From positions 11,876-75,875 of the IMG/VR virus record IMGVR_UViG_3300006736_003672: DNA of 64,000 nt; one strand, given 5' to 3'. The notes beneath the pieces are model-generated. The model was given only the letters and a program-made list of their open reading frames with translations. It had not been told where the DNA came from and did no database searches. This document shows, in pieces, positions 38,765 to 49,800 of this stretch; within the stretch, counting starts at the first letter, position 1; each line of letters opens with the position of its first letter. Source of the DNA: a virus. A program made the position numbers and the translations under genes.

Positions 38765-40803
38765 TGGGAATTAAAAGATTCACAGCAGATGCAGATACTA
38801 CAATTACAAATGCCTTTGGCTCGGCTCTCACAGAAGCCACTAGAGGAACCGGCTCAAACATGGGAGCCTCTGACGTCTTAGAAACGTTTTCAATTTATGG
38901 CCAGGGATCTTCAGGTCAATATTCACATGCGTCATCTGCCTCTGTCGAACTATCAAGAACTCTAATTAAATTTCCAGTTTCTGATATTTCTTCTTCTCGT
39001 GCAAGTGGCGAACTTCCAGTTAGCGGAAGTGTGAGTTTTTATATGAGAATGTTTAATGCAAAACATGCTTTTACATTGCCGCAAAGTTCAATATTAACGA
39101 TACTGTCTGTTTCGAAATCGTGGCAAGAGGGCACCGGTCTTGATATGGAGGGCTATACTGATATAACTAGAGACTTTGAAGGTGCTAATTGGGTAAACGC
39201 TTCAAGTGCATCTTCTGGTATTACTACGTGGGCTGCAGCGGCCACAGCAACAATAACTGTTCTCAATGAAGGATTCATCGAAACCGGCGATACAATCACT
39301 TTGACAGCTACTGACGGAACAGAGGTCGTAGCTACTGCTCATGCATCTGACAACACCGCTGCTGCCGCAACCACTGCGGTGACATTTTCTCATAATGGCG
39401 CTAATACTACCGCTCAAGCGACATTAATTGCGACGGCTATAAATTATAGCTCGTATTTTTCGGCAGAATCCGATGGAGCTGTGGTAACCATAACACAGGC
39501 TACCGCCGGATCCGCCGGAAACACCACTGTTACGTGTGTTGATGGAGGCGGTGCTGGACCATGGTTTTCAAACACAAACTTCACCGGCGGCCATAGTCAA
39601 GGCGGAGCCCATCACTTGTCTCCTGCTTATACCGGTAGTTTTTCTAACGGTGACGAAGATTTAGAAGTAGATATAACTGGACTAGTAGAACATTGGCTGA
39701 TTGGAGGGGCAAATCATAACAATGATGGAAAACATAATTATGGAATATCAGTACATTTCACATCTAGTCAGGAGGGATACTCTTCCATTTCGTTGGGTTC
39801 ATCCGCACCGGCTTCAATATTAAGAAATCTTAATGGTGCTAAAAAATCTTATTATACCAAAAAATTCTTTTCTAGAACATCAGAATATTTCTTTAAAAGA
39901 CCATGTATCGAAGCAAGGTGGGACTCTACAGTTAAAGATGAAAGAGGAAGTTGTTATGTAAGCAGCTCTCTTGTTAATGCATCTGGAAATTTGAATACAA
40001 TATATTTGTATAATTATATTCGCGGACAACTTAGAAATATACCAGATGTAGGCCAGGCCGGCCCTATTATATTTGTACAATTTTATACGTCAGCTTCTCA
40101 TGGAGAATTGATGAATACGGATGCTCCGTATAATTTAAGACAACACAGCACTCTCACTGACAACCCTCCAGGGACTTCACAAGCGGTTACAGGAGGGTAC
40201 GTATCAACTGGAATATATTCAGCAAGTTTTGCCCTCAACTCAAGTGCTAGTGTTGTTTATGATCGATGGTTTAGTAGTTCTATTGACGGCGCCGCCATTG
40301 ACGCTTCAGAACATGCTAACGGCGCGAACACTAAAATATATCATACTGGATCTATAAAGATGAAACAGTTTTCTTCATCTGCTGAAACTTTTAATCCAAA
40401 CCCTTCATATGTTACTAAGATCACCAACCTTAAAACAACATATTTTAGAGATGAAACTGCCCGTTTCAGAGTGTTTGTCCGCGAAAAAAATTGGAATCCA
40501 AATGTTTATAAAACTGTTGTAACAACTGTGGATCCTTCTATTGTTGAAAAAGCATATTATAAAATTTTTAGAGTGACAGATGATCTTAATATAATCACAT
40601 ATGGAACCGGAAGTAGCACTGGAAGTTTTCCACCTCCCAGTAATTTACCTTATACTCAGCTTTCATATGATTCAAATGGAAATTATTTTGACTTAAGTAT
40701 GAAAATACTAGAACCTGATTATGCATATGGAATAAAATTTGCATATTATACGAACGGCGCCTACCATGAACAACCAGAAATATTTAAATTTAGAGTTGAG
40801 TAA
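38764..40803 (+). CDS. Putative baseplate/virion structural protein, Ser/Thr-rich
   Basis: Coupled to the gp6-like gene. ADADTTI...SRTLIKF...W.EG.G beta-sandwich pattern with an Ala/Thr-rich insert. Confidence 0.6.
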   Translation: MGIKRFTADADTTITNAFGSALTEATRGTGSNMGASDVLETFSIYGQGSSGQYSHASSASVELSRTLIKFPVSDISSSRASGELPVSGSVSFYMRMFNAKHAFTLPQSSILTILSVSKSWQEGTGLDMEGYTDITRDFEGANWVNASSASSGITTWAAAATATITVLNEGFIETGDTITLTATDGTEVVATAHASDNTAAAATTAVTFSHNGANTTAQATLIATAINYSSYFSAESDGAVVTITQATAGSAGNTTVTCVDGGGAGPWFSNTNFTGGHSQGGAHHLSPAYTGSFSNGDEDLEVDITGLVEHWLIGGANHNNDGKHNYGISVHFTSSQEGYSSISLGSSAPASILRNLNGAKKSYYTKKFFSRTSEYFFKRPCIEARWDSTVKDERGSCYVSSSLVNASGNLNTIYLYNYIRGQLRNIPDVGQAGPIIFVQFYTSASHGELMNTDAPYNLRQHSTLTDNPPGTSQAVTGGYVSTGIYSASFALNSSASVVYDRWFSSSIDGAAIDASEHANGANTKIYHTGSIKMKQFSSSAETFNPNPSYVTKITNLKTTYFRDETARFRVFVREKNWNPNVYKTVVTTVDPSIVEKAYYKIFRVTDDLNIITYGTGSSTGSFPPPSNLPYTQLSYDSNGNYFDLSMKILEPDYAYGIKFAYYTNGAYHEQPEIFKFRVE

Positions 40804-40806
40804 ACT

Positions 40807-43800
40807 ATGAGTACCAAAGACTATTTCAATAAAGACCAATCTATTATTAGGGTCGCCGCATCTGCTTCCATGGGCGATCTTGGAAATGAAGTAGAATCGG
40901 CTGAATTTATACAAGAGAAAATAAAAGATACAGATCGTTTTGTACCTTTTGTAGATTTTTCGAAACCAGAAAATTTTGTTAGATTTGGATCCGCTGAAGA
41001 ATACTATGCTGAATCTATTAAAAGAGTATATAGAACATATCCATATGACGGATCTTTAAAAGAAAAGACCCAGTGGCACAATAGTTCTTCCTTTTTGGAT
41101 CGATATATTTTTGATAAGGTTTATCCTCGTTCAACAGGGTACGCTATTTTTTCTTCCAATGGTTGGGGGTCTGTTTCAGCGACCAAAGGCGCCATGGCGA
41201 CCGAAAATGAATATGGTCTTTCAGCAACGCCAGAGTATATTTTAATCAAGGGGGGCCCGCATAAAGATCCTAGCTATTCGTCAATGTCAAAACTGTTCCC
41301 ATCGGCTGATGGGAAATCTAATATTTATGACTATGATAAAAATAGAGAATCAAATTTAAAATTTGGAGGCAATGATGGAAATACAGTTGAATTCTGGTTG
41401 TGGAAACATGATTTTGATCCATCTAAGACAAAAAAAGAAGTTATTTTCGATGCAACTACGACAGATTATGTGTCTTCTAGTACATTCTATGGTCGCTTAA
41501 GAATTGAATTATCTGCTACAACAAGACAAGATGAATCTCCGTTTTACGTAACATATTTATCTGGCAATGCCGGCGATGTTGACTCTCGTTCAACTGCCGC
41601 TTACAATGGCGGCGGGTTTTATAGCGCTTCAATAGGAGATAATTTAACTACCGCTTCTATTGCTGATAGAAGCTGGCATCATTATGCATTTACGTTTAGC
41701 ACTTCGGGCAGCGGCACCGGCCCGGGCGGAACTCGCGTCAGATTATATGTAGATGGAGACCTGAACACAGAAACAATTGTTGGAACTAGTGCCAGTTATG
41801 TAAGTGGGAATATTAATGCAGCTATTGGTGCGTTAATCACCGAGCAGTCTGGTGCTGAAAATATAGATTGGTCTGATGCCACAGGCTATGGTAAAATGTC
41901 TGCTTCAGTAGATGAATTTAGGTTCTGGAAGGTGGAAAGAACTCCAAAAGAAATCGGGCGCAATTGGTTTACTCAAGTTTATGGTGGGACAAATACGGAC
42001 GACGCAAATACTCAACTAGGAGTATATTATAAATTTAATGAGGGGGTCTCCGCGACATCCAGTTATGATTCGAAAGTCTTGGATTACTCCGGAAGAATCT
42101 CTTCAGGATCTTGGGAAGGATATCTATCGACTTCTCGTAATACAGGATCGGCAATATTATCTGCCAGTGCCGCAGTATATGAATTTGAGGATCCCATTCT
42201 TTATTCATTCCACACCAACGTCACTAGCGCTTTAGATAGTTACTCAAAATTAGGAAAGAACTTTGATTATCAAAATAATGCTTCGATTTATAATAGTATC
42301 CCAGAATGGATAATATCAGAAGATAGATATGTTGGCTCTAATTTATTAAAATTGACACAAATTATGTCAAGCTATTTTGACACACTGGCCTATCAAATTA
42401 AAGCACTACCATCAATAAAGAATATATCTTATACACCATTTACATCTTCTTTTATTAGTACGGGTTCGGGCCCCACAGGCAGTGGTGAGTACAAGCCTCT
42501 TCCTTTTGCCAATAGACTTCTAGAATCCGCCGGATTAACTACGCCAGAAATATTTCTTGATGCTGATGTAATTTCTAAATTTACCTCGAGAGATGAAAAA
42601 ATTCTCTTTAAAGATAATCTTTATGATACAAAAAATTTAATTTACCAAAATATATATAATAATTTAATCTACATTTATAAGTCAAAAGGGACCGAAAAGG
42701 CTTTTAGAAACGCCATTAGGTGTTTTGGCATAGATGATGAATTAATTAAGATAAATGTATACGCCAATAATATAACTTACGAACTTAAAGATAGTTACAA
42801 TTATACAGTCCAAAAAAAGAATTTTGTAGACTTTCATATTCCAGATCACAACACCGCTGTAATATACCAAGCGACTAGTAGCAACTCAAATACAGTGTCT
42901 TTTATTTCCGGCAGCGAGGAATTTTACAGCGGTTCGGCAAGAACACTAGAGGCTGAAATTATATTCCCTCGCAGAGAAACTTATGAAAAACCAGGACAAT
43001 ATATAATAGCTCCCGGGCTCACTTCTTCTTTGTTTGGCACCAAGGGCGCCTATTCTATCAATACTGAATTACAATCGGATCTAAATGATCATAGATATAC
43101 AACATGGCAGCAACAAGATCATGGTGACTTAAGAGTTATGGCTGTAAAAGATACGCATGATATTTTATCGACAAACGCATACTTTAAGTTAACATCCAGC
43201 ACAATGGCCATCAATTTAACTTCCGCTGTCTTTTATGATGTTTATGAAGGCGAAAAGTGGAATTTTGCAGTTAGAATTCGACCTTCGACATACCCAATGG
43301 CCAATAAGGTTTCTGGTTCTCGCGATGCTTATGCTCATGGTTCCGGAACTGTTGAGTTTTGCGGGGTAAATGCTTCAAACAACGCCATAAGAAATGAATT
43401 TTATTTGACTGCCTCTTCTCCTTTTCCTGGTTCCGATATTGGCGCGTCTCGTGTCAACCACTGGATAGGGTCACCTAAAAGAGTATACGCTGGTGCCTTG
43501 AGAGCAAACTTTACAGGAACATTGCAGGTTTATTCAGATGTTAAAGTATCATCTGTAAGATATTGGTTTGATTATTTGCCAGATGAGGCTATCAAAGCCC
43601 ATGCTAAGGATTCTGGCAACGCCGGCGTCGTTCACCCATATGATTATGCTTATTTATTTAATGCTCCTACTGCCAGCCTTTGTTATATTCCCAAGATTGA
43701 AACGTTGGCGCTTAATTGGGACTTCGACAGGGTTACTGGCTCAGACTCAACAGGAGGGTTCGTTGTAGAAGATATTTCTTCTGGGTCAGCAGCACTTACA

Positions 43801-46800
43801 GGAAAATACGGACCACTTGGAAACATTCTAAATGCACAACATACTGGTGTTGGTTATGGCTTTAAAGCTAGTAGCGCAAAAGTTGTTGATAAAAATTATT
43901 TACCAGTAGCCAGGCAAAGATTACCAGAATCAGTAGCTAGCAGCGACATGATCGAGATCAGAAATAGAGATGATATAAACTTTACAAGAGAAACGAGACC
44001 AATAACACATTTTATTGCTGTTGAAAAAAGCATGTACCAAACAATATCAGAAGAAATGATGAAAATGTTTGCGACAATTAAAGATTTTAATTCTCTTATT
44101 GGAGAACCGGTTAATAGATATCGTCAATCATATAAGAGAATGGAAAAATTAAGACAACTATTCTTTGAAAGAGTTGAAAATGTTTCCGATCTAGACAGAT
44201 ATATAGAATTTTATAAATGGTTAGATTCTTCAATTGATAAGATAATTGAACAGTTTTTTCCAATTTCGTCTGATGCTTCTGACTCTATTAGAAATATGGT
44301 CGAGAGCCATGTACTAGAGAGAAATAAATATTGGACTAAGTTCCCAACACTTGAAATGAAGCACGATCCTCCAACAGGGCAAATTCTTGCTATTAATGAA
44401 TTGTTATATCCATGGAAACAGGGTCATGCTCCTCTTCCTGATAATGCCGCAACTGCAGTAGACTGTATTGATACAACTGATTACATAGCCAGCAGCGCGG
44501 ACGCTTCGTTTACAATAGCGATTCCTACGTCGGCCAACGGCTTAGGCGGCACAGCTGTTACATTTTTACTTGATCAAGACAAAGATGACGTTAGCCAAGC
44601 AACGGCTGCAGCTAACACAATCACAATCGGGACCAAAGACGGTACCGACGCGCTAGTGGCATCATTTCTTATCAATGCTATTAATGGAGTAACAGCTGGT
44701 CGCTTTATATATGCATCAGAAGGAAATGGTCAGGCAGGTCATGACTTGGGCATTACTGCGGAACAAGGCTCAAGTGATACCCAGATTACACTTACGATGG
44801 ATACAATTGGCAACGTTGGTAATATTATTAATGCGCTAGCTAGCGCCTCTGGTGTTAATATAATTGACGTGACAGGCTTTACTGGCGGTACTCTTCTTCC
44901 GGAAAACTGCCTTTGGTGGAAAGATCGTCTCGGAAGAGATGGGACAACGCCTCTTGGCTCTCAAGATGGTGCCACCGATAGAAGCAAAGAAGCAATTAGA
45001 AGAATTGCCACAACAATTGTTTCAAGTTCTGGTCCCACATACCAATCTAACCCATACGTATATAGAAAATTAACTAGACCATATAAGTTTTCAACCGATG
45101 TGAGCGTTGAACTTCATGGTGGGATCAATTTTGCTCCCAGCAAAAGATTAGATTTTTACAAAAACTTATTAACTTTTGGAAGAAACAATCATATTCAAAT
45201 AGATTTGAATGATTTTGAAAATCCTGCATGCACAGACTTGCTCGATCTTAAGAAAAAATCAAGACAGCCGTTTAAGGTTACTTTTTCTACCGATGCGCAG
45301 AGCAAAGGAGAGATTTATGCTCCATTTAGTATTTTCAGTTCTTCGGAGGGGGCATCAGATGTTACAGCTGGAATAACAAGTATTCATACTGATGCATACG
45401 GATATTGCAAAGAAGTTCCTATGCAAGGGCCGTTTACAGAACAATATGTTGGAGGTATGCCTCATAGGCATGCCGCTATTTTTACTTCCGCCAAAAATGG
45501 ACCAAAAAGTATTGCATTTAATGGCGTGGATAATCAGTCTCAACTAGACGTGCCACATGCTGATAATCTCAGCTTTGGCGATGCATCTGAGGATTCGCCT
45601 CTTTCGTTCGCTGCTTGGGTAAAAGTAGATAGCGATTGGCCAGAAATATTTAGGATTGTTGCGAAAACAAAGTCCTCCGCGAGCACTGTTGAGTATTACT
45701 GGAGTATTCTAAATGACCGAAGTAATTCTGATTTTGATTATAGAATGATTGCTGTGCTCGTAGACGAAAACACGAGCAATGCCTACATAGGTCAAAAATC
45801 AAACGCTACAGATGCAATGAAAGCCTATGAAGACACATGGATTCATGTTTGTGTTACATATGCCGCCACAGAAGCTTCTAGCGGTATTATAATGTATGTT
45901 AATGGTGAAGTGCATGCAACTGCTGCATATGAGGCTGGTTCCTATACTGCAATGCACAATTACGGAGCCGGTAGCGATCTCGCCATCGGCAGGGGCCAAT
46001 CTTATAATGGGATTGATGTTGCTAAAGGGGCCATCGATGAGCTAGTAATATTTAATAAAGCATTGTCCCCTGCAGAAATCACAACTCTTTACAACAACGG
46101 TGGGACTTGGATGTTAACTGATTCCTGGTCTGCCCAAAGTAATATAGTTTCTTGGTGGAGAATGGGCGATGGACAGAGCATAACGTTCGACAACGCCGGC
46201 GTTCGCAACGACGCCACCTTCGCAGTCAAAAATTTTACTATTTTAGATCAAGTTTCCTCCAACGATGCTACGATGTCCAGTTTCCAAGGCACTGCAACTA
46301 GCGGCATTACTCCATACGCAGTTGACCGCCAATCGCTTGTATCCAATAGACCGGAAGCCTGGAGCGTAGTATTGCCTGCTTATAGCAACGGAAAACCAAC
46401 TCAGATTAGACTTGTCGAAGTCGATTCAGATGAGCCAAGATCCTGGGTCGCCCGGGAGGGATATGCTAAAAGGCCAGTTAATATTAAAAATATTCAGCAG
46501 CTTACTGGAAATGAAATAACTGAGCGCACGATTATTGGAAATTATACCAAAAATTATCAAGTTGTACAAACATCCGGTCGCTATACCAATCCTAGATATT
46601 TTGCCGAAACAAAAGGAGCTATATCAGAATCAGTTGCATCAACAACTGTTTCAGGCGTATATGACTTCGCATTGCCAGATAGAGGAAGACACGCTTCTGT
46701 ATTTGTAGAAAAGTTTTCTTCTCCTGGTGGTCCAGAAGTTATGTCTAGAGGCTTCTTAGATATCGTCGCAGAAGAATTTTCAGTATATAATAGTTTAAAC

Positions 46801-49800
46801 AATAGAAATCTTAGTGTAAGACAACCATTACAGACGTTGTTAACAAGGCACGCTAACTCTGGCGGATATGCTAGCTTCACTCCAGATTATCTTTTAACTC
46901 ACCCGCCAAGCGCTTCGTATCATAAGACTTATAGAAATCGCAGGGGCAAAATAATGTTTAGCTCAAGCGCGGGCACTAGTGAAACTAATATCCTCCCCGT
47001 CGGCGGAAATGTTTTCGCAAACGCCCCCGGATCATTCCACGCCGTTACGGGGTCTTCTTTTGATAACTGGTATGTCATGCGCACGATACCAAGAAGCGAT
47101 GTGCAATATGCATGGATTGCACACTCTGTTCATCATGTTACAGGAGTCGCGGCCGAGCCTGCTAATTTATACGCCCGAGAATATAAAGCTGTCGGAGGAT
47201 CAACACGTTCTGATTTTACAATTCTTGGATATCAAAAGCCCGCTTACATGAGAAGTGGCTCAGAAGAGCATGATGCATATAACGCCTGGAACGCTTCAAC
47301 AGACATTGTATTTGTGTCTTCTAGTGATTTTGTTTCTTTTTTCGCGACAGGATATGCCACTCCTCAACGAGCTTTTGGAATGTCTGTATTGTCTAATTAC
47401 CACGCATCGGCGGGACAGTATGGCTTTATTCATACGGATTTTGTAGGCATGAACACTATTATTCAAGAACCTATTTCGTCGTCTTTTAATACTTTAGGTC
47501 ACGATCTTAATATAGGAGTCACGCACACAACAGCAGCGGATGAACGGTTGTATCTTAATTATGGTTCGGCAGCTCGGCTTCCAGACCATCCCGGAGGCAT
47601 TATTACAGCTACGAATACGAATTCCACCACTGGTACCCCCGGGATCAAGAAGGGAATATGGGCAGATGCAGCTTTATTGAATAGCCTCCTCCTTAATCGT
47701 AATGGCCCATATCATTACCCATCTTGGAAACAAGTTAGAACAGGAGAACACCCTGTCGCGCGACATCAGAGAAGAAACAATATACTTGACTTTACAATTG
47801 GTCCGATTGCTTCTTTACGGATTCCAACCACAGTTAAGCAGCTCTCTGCCGATCTCAAACATGCCGGCCGGTATACTGAATTACGATACGGAAGAGAAAT
47901 ATTTACAGCCGATATAATTAAAGAATTAGATGCAAAAGGTGTAAAATTTCCAGTAAGAAAAGAAACTATCACACCTGTTACTAGTAAGTATAAGCCATTA
48001 GAGCATACTATAGTCGACTCAGATACAGAAATTAAAGTTGTTGGCGTTCACAACATCTTTACTTTAAGAAATACGCTTGGCAATAACATGAATTATTTTC
48101 CAATTGGACAGGGCGTACTGGACCAACAATTAGGAATTACTCCTGATTTTAATAATGTCGTATATGATGAAATAACAAATGAACTTAATTCTCCTGTTAC
48201 GCTCATGCTAGAAGGAGAGAGAAAATCATACGATTTGGTAAACTTATCTTATAGAGAAATTATTTTTCCGAAAGAAGAAAATACTTACTTGGCTAAAATT
48301 CGCGGGAGGCAACATTACTCAGAATCTGCAGGATTGACTCATGAAGGTTATGATCGTAGAGATTATCGAACATTTTGGAGAAATCGGGCAGAAGATAGGT
48401 TAAGAACAGATAGTGTTGCTTTAAACTCAATGGGGATTCCAATTAAAGAAAGCATGTGGAACGGGGACACAACCGGATATGCGGTTAAGCTAAGGCAGTT
48501 TGATCGTTTGGTGGATACAAACGACGGCGTAGCGGATTTTAGCGATGGCTTGGAAATGATTCCAACGTGTTTAAGTGTTTGGCCACTGGATTCAACTTCA
48601 GCTTCCGGCTCTGTGTGCGGCGAACTGTTTTCGAATCCATACATGTCAATGACAGCTAGTTATATCACAGCTTCGGCAACATTATATGACACTGCCGGCC
48701 CTGAAGTGATGGTTGTTCCGACTGCATCGCAAACATACTTATTTCAAAATCTATATCATGCTCTTTCCCCTAATTCACACTACATTACTAATGTTCCTCC
48801 AAAATATGTTTCTGTATGCGGCGACGACGTCGTCGGCGGCAGGGGTTTTTCTGGCTCTCATTTCAAACCTCAATGGAGTTCTAGTTTTTTGTCAGGTAAA
48901 TCTCCTTTTTATGATTCATATGAAGACTGGGCCTTAGATGTGAGAACGATGGGTCAAGGATATTCAATTGTTCCCGAATTTAAGATCTCTGATCACATGG
49001 ATTATTATATCGATAATGGATACGAAGAAACAAATAAAAAATTCTTGTCTCTTATAGGCGCGCTACACACAGCTAGTTCAGACACACCGACCTCTACTGG
49101 AAATCAAACATTTTATAAACTGTATTCTCATTCTGACTTTATGAAATTTTCTCAGCTTATTAATTCAGATTATTTGGGCACATCGCTTTATGATTATGAT
49201 GCGAAAGGAAGAACAAAAGACTTTACTTTAAGGTGTAAGGCAATTAAGAAGTTGTTGCCGTATAATGGTTTTTATCCGGTGAATCGATGTATACAATTAG
49301 GAACTATGTTTTCACAAAGTTACGGACCATATTTGACGGCTTCAACTTTTGTACACCCTTATGAACAATTGCAATCAGTGTTACAGCCGTTTTTCGCCCC
49401 AGGTATTATGTACAATACAATTAAGTCAGGTGTCGCTGTAGATTGGGCAGCATATACAGGATCGGCTCCATCTGCAGGTGGCCATAATTCTTTAAGCGCG
49501 CTCTCTCAAACCGCCAGCGCCGGCGCCATGTCGGTAACGCCCGTCGCGGTAGATGGCGGATCCACTGATAATTATCACAATTTTAGATATCCATTTGAGT
49601 CTCTTATTGAGCCTCACGCATATATGCCAAGTGAAAATCAAGGGAAGAGACCTGAACAATACATGATGTTACCCGCCGGAACTCCACAGCAAGGTGGTTC
49701 AAATACCATTGGGGTCGATGACGGCGCCGCCAATAAACATGCAATATGGACTGGAGAATATGAACAAAATTACAGTATGGCAATGCATAATTTTTTGGGG

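Noticed and set aside
22584-40803. T6SS or eCIS locus
   Set aside because: No TssJLM, ClpV or Afp15-like ATPase is seen; the sigma-like factor, RuvC-like gene and giant virion proteins fit a phage better.
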